A stretch of DNA of 64,000 nucleotides from Callorhinchus milii (lineage: Eukaryota): the NCBI RefSeq assembly GCF_018977255.1, contig NW_024704743.1, positions 12,464,001 to 12,528,000 of the forward strand. The letters run 5' to 3'. The notes beneath the pieces are model-generated. The model ran no database searches. It saw only the letters and a list, made by a program, of their open reading frames with translations, and was not told the DNA's origin. Positions 37,048-49,415 of this stretch are shown here, in pieces. Position 1 is the first letter of the stretch. Every line of letters begins with the position of its first letter. The position numbers were made by a program, and so were the translations under genes.

Positions 37048-38935
37048 CCACTTGACCCTCCCACAACCTCCCTCTGTTCCAGCCTGGGAATCCTCTGCCG
37101 GGCTCACCGTGGCACTCGACGTTGGCTGTCCAGCAGCAGCCACACCGACTGCCCCATTCCCCACCACACTCGCCAGCCACCCCGGACACAGAGCCGGGGA
37201 GCCAACCTCTCCTCCCTTATCCCCATTTCCCCCACCCCTGCTTCACAACCTGGACCCCCTCCCCTCCCACGCACCCTTCTGTCAACCGCTCCCTCCACAT
37301 CGGACTACAAAACGTCCGCTCCCTCTGTAACAAGGCCCTGGTCATCAACGATCTCATCCTTGATGAGAGCGTTGATATCATGGCCTTAACGGAAACCTGG
37401 CTCATCCCAAGCGACACCTTCCCCCTCACGGAGGCCACACCACCCACCACATCCCTCGCCCCAACGGCCGTGGCGGTGGTGTAGCCCTTATCTCAAGGAC
37501 ACCACTTGCCCTAACCCCCTACTCCCCTGGCTCTTTCCCCTCTTTCGAGCACCTCATCCTCTCCCACCCCTCCTTCCTCTTACTCAAAATCCTCCTCCTC
37601 TACCGGCCCCCTAAAAACTCTTCCACCTTCATCTCTGATATTTCGACAGTTCTTACATCTCTCTGCTCTGATCGCCTCATCATCCTGGGCGACTTCAACC
37701 TCACTTCACCCCCTCCTGCTCCATCTCCTCAGATTTCTCTTCCCTGCTCTCCTCGCTCAACCTCTCCCTCCACATCAACTCCCCCACTCGACTTGGTGAT
37801 CACCCGGGGCCTCAGTGTCTCGGATGTCACTATCACCGACAAGGCCGTCTCCGACCACCACTTCTTCACCACCTCCGCCCCCCTCCCCACATCCACCAGA
37901 CCCACCAACATCTTCTACCGCCCCTGGAAGAAGTTATCCCCACAATCCCTAACCGCTGCCTTGGAGTCCTCTGAACTCCTCTCCCTCTGGCCTTCAACCC
38001 TCACCGACCCCTCTTCTGCTCTCACCCTCCTCCACAACACACTCTCCTCCACACTCGATATTCTTGCCCCCATCACCTACAGTACTGTCTCCTACTCTCG
38101 CTCCTCCGCTCACTGAAGAGCCAGGTGCGGGCCGCTGAACCTCGGTGTTCTGTTCGACCCTGAGCTGTCCTTTCCCCCTCATATCCACTCCACAACTGGC
38201 ACCGCCTTCCATCACCTCAGGAATGTCGTTAGGCTACGGCACTACCACACCCCTCACGCTGCTGAAACTTGGTCCACGCCTTTATCACCTCAAGGCTGGA
38301 CTATGGGAACTCTCTCCTCGTCGGCCTTCCCGGCACCTCCCTCCACAAGCTGAAGGTCATTCAGAACTCTGCAGCTCGTGTACTGTCCCGCACTAGGCTT
38401 CGGGACCACATCACACCCACCCTCGCTCGCCTCCACTGGCTCCCCATCCCCCAGAGGATCGAATTCAAGATCCTGATCCTCACCTACAAGGCCATTCACG
38501 GCCTTGCTCCCTCCTACCTCTCCGACCTACTGTCCCCCTACCTACCTGCCCGTACCCTCCGTTCCTCTGGCTCCGGTCTGCTCCACGTCCCCCGCCCCAA
38601 CCGCCCTACCATCGGTGGCCGGGCCTTCAGCCTCTCAGCCCCGAGGCTCTGGAACTCTATCCCCAGTGCCTTCGCCGCCTCCTCCCTTTCCTCCTTCAAG
38701 GCCGGTCTCAAGACCTTTCTCTTTGACCGTGCCTTCAGCTCTCCTCTCGACTCTCTACCCCCTCCTCGCTCCCTCCCTTCCCTCCCCTCACCCTGACCAT
38801 TTCCCCCTTCCTTGCTCCCTCCCTTCCCTCCCCCTGACCATTTCCCCCCTGCTCGGGTCCTGACCCAACTGTACAGCGCCTTGGGACGTCCTCCCGACGT
38901 GAAAGGCGCTCTATAAATGAAATGTTGTTGTTGTT
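37048..38935 (+). mobile_element. Second copy of the same L2 family, internally deleted (RT core missing)
   Basis: Colinear with 27275-28435 and then 29742-30530; junction at GAAC 38137-38140; (TTG)n tail. Confidence 0.93.
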
Positions 38936-39319
38936 TAAAATACAGTGTGTTGAACGCTAGCTATGGCATGGACTAGCTTTGCAACATAATACTGGGTGAT
39001 GAGACTTGCAGTGATTTGGGAAAAACCCAGAATAGAACAGGATGTGTTTCCTTTCAATGGTTTAAAGGCAGTGCTTCTTGGGGAGTACTGTATTTGTGAG
39101 GCAATTGCATACTCTAACTCAAATGCTTGCATATTGATCATAGCAAATATGTTTCTTGATCTTCTTATTTACTTTGTATATACAGTATTTGTTTAAATTG
39201 TTCTTTTTCCTGAACTCATTTACTTCAGCATCAACAGCATAGATACTGAACTGACTGGGAGACAGAAAGCAGAGAGTGGTGGTGAACGGTTGTTTTTTTT
39301 GACTGAAGGGAAGTGTGCA

Positions 39320-40110
39320 GTAGTGTCCCCCAGGAGTCGGTATTGGGACCACTGCTGTTTTTGATCGATATAAATGACCTGGACTTGGGTATTGGGAGTA
39401 CAACTTCCAAGTTTGCAGATGATGCTAAGCTAGGAAAACAGTGAGGAGTATAAAGCTGTTAAAGAAGCATACGAGATACTAGCCTTTATAAATAGGGACA
39501 TAGAATACAAAAGTCAGGAAGTTATGATGAACCTTTATAAAACACTGGTTAGGCCTCAGCTTAAGTACTGTGTTTAGTTCTGGGCACCACACTTTAGGAA
39601 GGATGTCAAGGCATTGGAGAGGGTGTAAAAGAGATTTACCAGCATGGTACCAGGAAAGAGGGATTTCAGTATCAGGAGAGGTCAGAGAAGCTAGGATTAT
39701 TTTCTTAGGAAGGAGCAGAAGAGGTTAAGAGGAGACTTAAATAGAAGTTTACAAAATTATGAAGGAATTCGATAGGGTGAACAAGGAAAAACTATTTCCA
39801 CTGGCGGATGGATCAGTAAGCCGAGGACACCAATTTAAAATAGTTGTTAACAGAAACAGAGGAGAGGTGAGGAGAAGTTTTTTCACACAGCGAGTTGTTC
39901 GGATCTGGAATGCATTGCCTGAAAGTGTGGTGGAAGCCGATTCAATAACAACTTTTAAGAGAGAAGTAGATAATTGTTTGGGGAGGACAAGTTTGCAGAG
40001 CTGTGGGGAGAGAGCGGGGAAATGGGATTGATTTGGATAGCTCTTTTCAAAGAGCCGGCATAGACACGATGGGCCGAATGGCCTCCTTCTGTGCTCTAAG
40101 ATTCTATGAT
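39320..40110 (+). mobile_element. CR1-clade LINE 3' fragment
   Basis: SVLGPLLF and KFADDAKLG remnants, YKTLVRPQL, FFTQRVVRIWNALP, and a CR1-type end gggccgaatggcctccttctgtgc...attctatgat. Confidence 0.88.
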
Positions 40111-40307
40111 TTTTCGCCAGTGTTTTGTGATCAAAGGGAACTGGATAATATCAGTCATTCTAGTTAGTTCACTTATATTTTTTTCTACCAATAGCCTGAT
40201 TTTCTAACTATACTGACAACGTTTTAAGAATCCTTACGACTCTTTCTCACAAACATTGAATTGATTCTCAAATAGGAAACTGCTTAGATTGGAATATTGA
40301 ATGCATC

Positions 40308-40712
40308 AGCCTAGCTCAGTTGTTAGTACTTGCCTCTGAGGTTGTGGTTTTAACCCTCACATCGGGACATGAACTCATAAATTAGACTAATAATTCAGGG
40401 AAGTCCTGGAGGAGTGCTGCTTTTTTTGGAGATGCTGCATTTCAGGCGATATATTAAACTGAGGACTCATCTGACTGTTCAGAAGGATGTAAAGATCTCA
40501 TGGTACTATTCAAAAAGATAAAGGGGGGGATTCTCCCAGTGTCCCGGTCAACTGCTTCAGATAAATTGGTCATTCACTATGCGCTTGTGGGACCTTGCTG
40601 TACATAATTGGATGCCACGTTTGAATACAAATTACAGTCACTACTCTATACACTAAAAATACTGTGAAGTGTTTTAGATTTCATTGATGTGGTGAGGCGA
40701 TATCAAAAGCAT
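40308..40712 (+). mobile_element. Older DeuSINE-like element (family B)
   Basis: tRNA-like head tagctcagttg, Deu-like core (ttaaactgagg...ctgttcag..gatgtaaagatc..atgg.actatt), and the same L2-like tail. Related copies at ~7850-8120(-), 18380-18600, 21400-21730, 21850-22220 and 60720-60962(-). Confidence 0.7.
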
Positions 40713-41699
40713 CTTAATTACTATATGTAGTATAACTGTATGCTGCAATATCTTCAAACAGTCCGAATGAATCAAAGATAGTTGAGGTGACTTTGTAAAC
40801 CATGAAAGTGAAACTAGGGCAGTGTCCTCCTATTATGTGGTATGCCCTTGAAATAGATTCCAGATTGCTGTTCATCATGATACACACAGGTATGCCTTTA
40901 AAATATTATTTTTCTGGCAGTTTGTCAAGTCTTTTTTGAGTGTGTGCCTTGTTTGTGCGACAGGGAGCAAACAAGCTCCAGGGTAAGTTTTCTTTCCTGC
41001 AAATTACATCATGCCTTATTACATCATGGCATCACTGACATAGGATATATATGGGGCTGCATAAGTGTGTGACCTTGGTCTTGTATATTCTGTGAGGTAA
41101 TGGAAATAATCCCACTTAATTATTTTCCTATAAAAACAATCGTCTTTATTGCAGAGCCATCTTTTGGGTACAGTCGATTGTATCTCAACAAACTATTGAC
41201 TTTTTTTAGTTCAGGGTGAATAGTGGTTATAGGACATCTGCCAGAAATGACTTTGCTGATTTTTGAATGTTGTTTCAGGCTGGGAACTCATGCTTATTAT
41301 AAGCAGTAGAACCTGCTGCATTTTGTTTTTTTACTTGAGTAATAGAGTCACATAATCATGATTGCTTGTTAATCATACTGTAGTAACTTACTTTTATATA
41401 ACTCTTTTATCCTCAGGTTGGGGGATGGTAAGCAGTATCTCCCTGGAGCTGAACTAGCTCTAAGGTGGAGTGCTTGGCAACAGAATGTAAGAATCAACTC
41501 ATTTTCGGTGTTGGTAGTCTGTTTTCTGAGGTGATTTCATTGTACTCGAAGTAACGTTCCAAACAGTACGACTCATTTACAGAACTTGGAAGAGGCACAC
41601 CAGTCAATCGGGGTGGGGATTCTTCCCACTTGGCTCTTGTTAAACTTGTAAGCCAAAGCCATATCGGGTAGGGTGGTCCTAACTCAGCAATGCTCTTCA

Positions 41700-42150
41700 A
41701 TAACAACAACAACAACTTGGATTTATATAGCGCCCTCCACCCCGGACGGCATCTCAGAGCACTTCACAGTAAAGGATCCCGGGACCAAGCCAGTGGGAGG
41801 GGGAGGAATGTGACCAAAGGCGCGGTCGAAAAGAAAGGTCTTCAGCAGAGATCTGAAAATAGGAGAGAGGCGAAGGGAGTGAGGAAAGCAGTTCCAGAGC
41901 CTCGGGACATAGTGGCTGAAGGCACGGCTGCTGAGGGTGGAGCGGAGGACTCGGGGGAAGAGGAGGAGGCCAGACCCGGAGGAACGAAGGCAACGGGTAC
42001 TGTTTTGAGGCGAGAGGAGGTCAGAAAGGGAAGGGTGTGCAGAGGAGTGCAGGGACTTGAATGCAAGGGTGAAGATCTTGAAATCGATCCTCTCTGGGAT
42101 AGGCAGCCAGTGCAGTCTGGCAAGGACTGGGGTGATCGGGGAGTGGATGG
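41700..42150 (-). mobile_element. L2 3' fragment (related copy at 62788-63240)
   Basis: ORF 41723..42202(-): [15 protein letters not shown]; (CAA)n on the + strand is the tail. Confidence 0.88.
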
Positions 42151-42222
42151 CAAGCTGTTCAGTTTTAGCTGATAAAACTCCAGCAGTTACCCCAATGTAC
42201 AATCTGAGGTCAACAACAAATC

Positions 42223-43667
42223 AGTATATTCTGTGAAGCGCTTTGAGATGCCTCAAAGACGTGATAAAGAGTTATATCAAATGCATAATAATAACAATAT
42301 ACAGGAATTTGCATGGCTAGGGTGGGATCCATGGAATTCTGTTTGGCTTGGATACTCGAGCATGATGATCAGTCTCCCTATGCAACATCCAGCTGACCCC
42401 AAAAAATATAACCCAGCTCAAACAAAATCTGTCTATTTCAATTTTGTTCTTCCACATCTGCCTTTACCCCACCCCCCATCACAGTTGCTTTTAATTTAAG
42501 ATGCATGTCTACCCTTGCTGGCCTGTTAGGATGGGTTGTCAGAGAACATGCTTTCCTGGCTGCTTGTTACCTCTGGATACAAAATAAAGGTCCTCCTTGA
42601 GGCGGGGTGTGAATGACTTTCAGAGACTCTACTGAACGAAGAGCTGTCATTGTTAGCAGCACAAAGCAAGTGATCCAACACCTCAAGATCAAGCTGACCC
42701 CACTGGCCTGTTTTTCTCTGAGTTAACTGTGAAGGCAGAAAAACCCTGCTTATTGTGAAGAATGCAAGATAAACTAGCTGAAGGAAACTTAACTGCCTGA
42801 CACACAAATTAAAAAAAAACTATTCTGAACTGAATTGGTTTCATCCATATAGGATCAAGAGTAGGCCATTTAGCCCTCAAGACTGTTCCACCATTGTTTT
42901 AGATCATCGTTGATCTGTACCCCAACTCCCAATTAACTGCATTTACCCCATATCCCTTATATCCTTACCTAACAAAAATCTATCCACCTCAGTCTTGAAA
43001 ATTTGAATGGATCCCTTCTGAGAGAGAGAATTCCAGATTTACAGCACCCTTTGGGTGAAAAAATGCTTCTTGATTTCATTCCTAAACGGCTTAGCTCTAA
43101 TTTTATTAGAGTTCTGGATTCCCCACCAGAGGACATGTTTTTTTNGTATCTGGATTCCTCGCCAGAGGAAATAGTTTATATGTATAAGATCAATTGAAGG
43201 CTCTCTTTCTGAATATCCACCCCTCGAGTTTCACCCAGTCAACTGTATTCAGAGTTTATTTTAGCTTTATGACAAATGCAGCAATCCATCGCAGGGCTTC
43301 TCAGAGTATCCAAATGAGACAGAATTTGACCCAGAGAAAAATACGGTAAACCAAAAATAATTTAGAGCTGGTGCTCATTCATTTATTGGGTGAAATAGAA
43401 TCCAAGATGCTGCGGAAGGCAGATGTGGAAGAACAAAATTGAAATAGACAGATTTTGTTTGAGCTGGGTTATATTTTTGGGGGTCAGCTAGATGTTGCAT
43501 AGGGAGACTGATCATCATGCTCGAGTATCCAAACCAAACAGAATTCCATGGATCCCACCCTAGCCATGCAAATTCCTGTATATTGTTTTTATAATAACAA
43601 TCCTTGTATTTGATATAACTCCTTATCACATCTTCGAGGCATCTCAAAGCGCTTCACAGAATATACT
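42223..43667. repeat. Inverted duplication, arms 42223-42464 and 43416-43667
   Basis: Arms are reverse complements; ORFs 42233(+) and 43375(-) share a near-identical peptide. Confidence 0.92.
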
Positions 43668-44398
43668 ATAAAGTGAATTAACTGTATATTTTGTGGGTGA
43701 AACACAAAATAATGGAGTACAAGCTCTCTCCCTGGAAGTATGCATCCTGCTTATCTAATTGGGGGAGTATTAGGTGCAGGTTCGCTTGGGGATCCCAGAG
43801 TGTGCATTGGGGTACAGCTGGAGTTAACCAGCTAAAACCGCACAACTTACCATTCAGAACACTGTCTGGCAAGCTTCCCCACTGCTTGTCCAGCTAAAAC
43901 CACCTTACCCATTAGGACATTGGAATAACAGAATCTAAGTGGGAAGAATCCACAGGTACCCTGTGAGCTTCCTGGTAGACAGCACAGCATGAAATGCAAC
44001 AGTGCATTGTCAACGTCTTCCTGCCCACAGCTCAGCACACATTAAGCAATGGTTCCATCAGATGGAGATTCAAGCTTGAACTGCAGCTGCTTATCTCTCT
44101 GCAAATATGGTACATTTGCGCAAGTTGCACATGCTCAGAAGAAAAATTGAGAAAATAGTGACAATTTAAAAAAACTGCTGGCACTGCGCTATGGACAGTG
44201 CTCAAGGGTCATTGTCGCTATGTTTGAGCATGACTTATAGTGCAACAAGAGGTACCGTATCAATTCAACATTTGCTTCAGTGGGCTGGGTCAGGCTAAGC
44301 ACTTTCCTCATTCTTGGGAAACTACATTAAGTGTGAATGTGAAACATTACGGATTAATACAATGTTTGAGATAGTGTAAAGGGCTCTATGGTTTATGG

Positions 44399-44576
44399 CA
44401 GAGTAGACTAATTGGTAGCCTGCGGGCCGATTTCATCCGGCTCCCCATATCCATTTTATCTAGCACAACCAATACCTCCATAACCTATAAACATTATGTT
44501 TCTGGAAGGGAAACACAAAAATACTGCTCAAATAGGGCAAACAGCCCTCAGCAGCCAAAAGGTTGGACCACCCTAG
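44399..44576. mobile_element. hAT-like MITE (second copy ~18175-18333)
   Basis: Both copies share gcgggccg..., ttatgtttctgg...gaaacacaaaaata and end in aaaaggttggac(c/t)accc, which resembles hAT/Charlie-type terminal repeats. Confidence 0.55.
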
Positions 44577-46109
44577 TTTAGGGTAACAAACACCAATGAG
44601 TGAAATAATTAGGAAATAAAGTAGTTTGAAAGTAATACAGTTTTGCTCGCAAATTCACTTCACAGTCTATTCTGTGAAGCACTTTGAGACATCTCGAAGA
44701 CGTGATAAGGCACTATATCAAATACAAAGATTATTTTTAGTGGTAGTATCAAAAAATTTGAACAAGAATAATGGAAAATGATACTTTCAAAGCCTTACCA
44801 AATGATAAACAATTTATCATACATCTCTCCAAAATAGAGTCACCATACTTTACAGTAAATCCCGTGAAGAGCTTTGAAACATTCTTTTGACATGAAAGGC
44901 ACTATATTAAATGTAAGGATTATTTATTTAATTAAAAGATTTAAGTCTGACCTTTTGTATTAATTCTTATGAATTATACTACTTTTGAAATGTGTGGAGG
45001 ATGTGGGTAGAACAACAACCACAAAATGACATTTGTATAGCACCTTTCATGTCGGGAGGACGTCCCAAGGCGCTGGACAGACAGAGTTTCAGACCTGAGC
45101 TGGGGGTCGGGTAGGGTGGAGGGCAGGGGGAAAGAAGGTAGATTGAAGGCATGGTCGAAGAGGAGGGTCTTGAGATGGGTCTTTAAAGTGGCAAGGAAGG
45201 GGGTGAGGCGGAGGGACTGCGGGATGGAGTTCCAGAGGGTGGAGGCAGAGTGACAGAAGGCCCACTCTCCAATAGTAGGGTGAGCGAAGAGGGGGACGTG
45301 AAACAAGCCGGAGCCCATTGAGCAGAGGGAGCGAGTAGGATGGTAGGGGGTTAGGAGGTTACAGAGGTAGGGGTAGCAAGACTATGGAAGGCTTTGAAGG
45401 TGAGAACCAGGAGCTTGAACACGGGTCTTGTTTGTCACAAGCTTGACCTGCATTGGGACCTTGCTATCCTTGAAGAGGGATGAGCATGACCAGATTGCCC
45501 TTCGCTCCTTCTCAGCGCAATCCTTCATGACAATGTCCAGTTTGAAGTTGGTGTCCACCAAAACTCCGAGATACGATAAGAGTCAACGATTGGGTCTGAT
45601 ATTCAGCCATTTGTTGGGACCGTGGGCATAGTCAAAGAGCCAGGTTTTTAAACAAGGTTTGAAGACAGATGGAGGAGAGTGAAAGGGAATTCCAAGGGGT
45701 GGTAGCATAAGTTGCTAAAGTAACTGATATACACTTGTGGGCACATACAGCAGCCAATTTGCATATTGCAAGGTCCCACAAACAGCCATGAAGTGATTGA
45801 AAGAAGATTGTTGGCCAGGATCATGTGGGTCAGGATATCCATCTTTTGTTGAATAGTGAATAGTGTCATTGTCAGTGATAAGATCCACCATCAGTAAATT
45901 CCTGACTTGGGGCTGGAACCCTCAACCAGAAGTAAGAGTCTTAACAGCTGCACCAGGCTGGCATCTAAAACCTGAAAGAACATTTTGTCTCGAGTCTTAC
46001 TTTACCTGATGTGTGGCAGAGACCTGTTCCAACCAGTCCTCGAGGATGGGTCTGGCTCCCAAAGCAGCCATGTTTGTCATGTTTTCGACCGACCCAAGTG
46101 AGCACTGTG

Positions 46110-47010
46110 TGTGTGTGGAGGGCTTTGAAGGTGAGGACCAGGATCTTGAACTATATCCTCTGTGTGATGGGAAGCCAGTGGAGTTGGACGAGGATGGTGG
46201 TCATAGGGTCGCGGAGCCTCGTGTGGGAGAGGAAACGGGCTGCAGAGTTCCAGATGATCTGTAGCCTGTGGAGGGAGGAGTTCAGGATGCTGACAAGCTA
46301 TGAGTTTGCAAAGTCGAGCCTCAATGTAATGAAAGCATATATGAGGGTTTTGGTGGCCTGCCGTGTGAGACAGTGTCAGAGCTGGGCGATGTTGCGGAGG
46401 TGGGGGAAGGCAGAGCAGGTCATGGCGCAGATGTGGGATAGAAAAGATAGTTGAGGGTCAAACAAGATGCCAAGGTTCCGGACTGGCTGAGCAAGGTGGA
46501 GTGTACCACCATGGATGGTGATGCTGTCAGCGCCTGAAGTGAAGAGGCGCTGACGGGAGCCAATCAGGAGAGCCTCGGTCTTGTTGACGTTCAACTGAAG
46601 AAAGTTAGCTCTCATTCAGAACTTGATGTCCGACAGACATTCTGTCAGGACAGCAGTGGTATAAAGCGTATAGGTATTGAAGAGGAGGAACCAAGGACAG
46701 AGCCCTGAGGAACACCGCACGGGACGGTGCGGATGCTAGAGGAGAAACCATTTGTGGAGATGAAGTAGAGGTGTTGTGAGAGGCACGATCTGAACCAGTC
46801 AAGGACAGAGCCATGAAGATTGAGGTGAGAGGAGGCGGTGGATGAGGATACAGTGGTCAACGCTGTCGAAGGCAGCAGAGCAGTCAAGGAGGATGAGGAG
46901 GCAGAGGGAGCCCTGGTCACAGATGGACAGACTGTCATTAGTCACTTTGACCAGGGCTGTTTCTGTGCTGTGGGCGGCACAGAAACCCGATTGGAGGGGT
47001 TCGAGAAGGG
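46110..47010 (-). mobile_element. Decayed L2 RT/C-terminal fragment
   Basis: [29 protein letters not shown] and NFLQLNVNKTEALLIG on the minus strand. Confidence 0.88.
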
Positions 47011-47307
47011 TAGTTGGGGTTTCATGTAGCCACCAGAAAGTGCCTATATAAAATAACTTCAAGAGGATGTTTTATTTGGCAAGCAGAGTGTTGAAAAAAA
47101 ATTGTGAGTGCATACTAATATTAATAATAATCCTGGGCATTTAACATAGAGCTCCAAGATGCTACCTTGGGTGAAGGGTGTTATATAAGTGCGAATTATT
47201 GTTGTAGCGCTTCATCACAACTTCAAAACCTATCAAAGCGTTTCACAAGAATTACTGTACGGGGTAGTGACTATTTGTAGGTGAATCCGGCAACCAATTC
47301 GTGAGCA

Positions 47308-47382
47308 GGTGGATTGGCGGGCCGGTGGATTGGCGGGCCAGTGGATTGACCGGCAAGTAGATTGGTTGGCAGGTGGATTGGT
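47308..47382. repeat. Short tandem repeat (gtggattggcgggcc-like)
   Basis: Direct inspection. Confidence 0.75.
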
Positions 47383-47927
47383 GCATGCACAAACATTTTG
47401 ATGTCAGCATACTTGCACCATACTTGCAAGTTGATGCTTCCAGATCTCCAACTTCACAATATCAGGTTACATAAAATATTTTCCAATTAGAATACATTAT
47501 ATAATAGGTCAATTGGTTGGTCAATTGATATCTGATAAGTGCACATTTTCTCTGGCCCAGTCACATTGAAAAATTAGTCTGGGAGTGGTTCGGGAGGGGT
47601 AAAAGGGGGAAAAAAAGAATGAGTGTGTATCCAAGATCAACCTAAGCAGATTTTTTTTTAGAAGTATTGTAAGATCGAGATGTTTTGCAAGCTGGAGATG
47701 TTTTGCAAGCTGAGACTTTCTGCCTTTGTGGGGCTTGGTTTGTGGTCTGATTGAAGTACAGGCTAAGATTGAAATGCTGACACCAGAACAAAGCTCTTCA
47801 TTGTTTTACCACATCCCTAAGTTAAATTCTAGGATGGGAAGTTATGAGTGAAAATTATTTTGAAGGAAGGAAAGAAACCAAATCCCTGAGCACATGTAGC
47901 ACTTGCATGTTGCTAGTCAAATTGTAG

Positions 47928-48233
47928 TTAATCCTTCCATTTGATATAGCGCTGTTCACGTCTTCTCGACGTCTCAAAGCGCTTCACAGAATATGCTATG
48001 AAGTGAATTGACCGTAGATTGTGGGCGAAACGCGGCAGACAATTGCACACAGCAGTGTTCCACAAACAGTCGTGGATTGAAAATGACCAATTTATTATTG
48101 TTTTTTGTTTTGGGGGGATTATTATTAGGCGTGTGGAGTAAGGAAACTTGCCCAAGGTTTCGCCCTGCCTGGAATTGAACCCAGGTGTCTCGCTTGCAAG
48201 GCGAGTGCTCTAACCACTGAGCTGCAGGACTCC
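47928..48233 (-). mobile_element. SINE family A copy
   Basis: Head cagctcagtggttagagcactcgc-cttgcaa-gcgag...ggttcaattcc, with a tRNA-Ala-like anticodon arm. Confidence 0.85.
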
Positions 48234-48899
48234 TAGTTAAGAGTTTTGTGTCCAGTTTTGGTCCCACTTTGGGAAGGATGTCAAGAGCTATAGAAAGGGT
48301 ACAGAGGATATTTACTGGGATGATACTAGAGATGAATGGTTTGACGTATAAGCAGAGACTGGAAAAATTTAAATGGAAATGACATGACAACGCTGTTGAG
48401 CCTGTTCCTGCTTTCTCTAAATATAATTTTTTTGGTCACCCGGCTGTCTGACTCATGGAAACTCATCAAAGTGCTTAAGAGTATCCAAACCAAGTTGAGA
48501 TTTCTATGCATCCCACCCACACATGGAAATCCCAGAGATAGATTGTTGGAATAGAATGTATACTCTCTCCCTGAAGTGACGTATCCTGCTAACCTAATTC
48601 CAGAAATTATTAGGCGCAGGTTGTCAAGAGCCAAGACTTGGGGACCCCAGCATGTGCGTTGAGGTACTACTGGAGTCTAACCAGCTAAAACCGCATAGCT
48701 TGCCATTGATGTTGCTGTCCAGCAAACTTCCCTTTTACTTGTCCAGCCAGGTCCACCCTACCCGTTAGGGCTTTGGCTTGCAGGGTTAACAGGAGCTGAG
48801 TGCCCCCAGGGACTGGTTTGCCCTTCCAGGTCCTGCCAATGAGCTTGGCTGGCTGCGCTGCCATTTAAGATAATTAGCAAAGGGGAAAGATTTATTCTT

Positions 48900-49415
48900 C
48901 ATAGAATCATAGAATCGTACAGCACAAAAAGAGGTCATTCGGCCCATCGAGTCTGTGCCGGCTCTTTGAAAAGAACAATGTAATGTCAATCTCACTCTCC
49001 AGCCCTTTCCCCATAACCCTGCAAACACATCCTCCTTAAATACCCATCCAGCGTTTTTAAAAGTTATTGAATTGACCTCCATCACCCTTTCATTCAATGC
49101 ATTCCAGATTCGAACAACTCGCTGCGTAAAAAAAAAAAATAATTCTCACCTCCCCTCTGCTTCTTTTAGAGACTATTTTAAATCTGTGATCTCGAGTCAC
49201 CAACAAACCCAGAGATTTGGATGTGGAATGCCCTGCTGGCTATGGTGGTTGAGGCAGAATCTGCATTAGCTTTCAGGAGAGAACTGGAGATATATTTATA
49301 AAGGAGCAATTTACGGGAGTATGAGGAAAAGGCAGGCAAATGGAACTGAAAGAATTGTTCTTTTAAATAGCGAGCACAGACACAATTGTCTTCTGTACTG
49401 TATAATTCTATGACT
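48900..49415. mobile_element. Two CR1 3' ends in opposite orientation
   Basis: atagaatcatagaatc tail on the minus strand at 48900 and attctatga tail on the plus strand near 49410. Similar short CR1 ends occur at ~1890-2050, 16250-16650, 42850-43180 and 62390-62610. Confidence 0.7.

Noticed and set aside
48165..48233. tRNA gene
   Set aside because: The A/B boxes belong to SINE heads that run on into the SINE body, with no complete acceptor stem.
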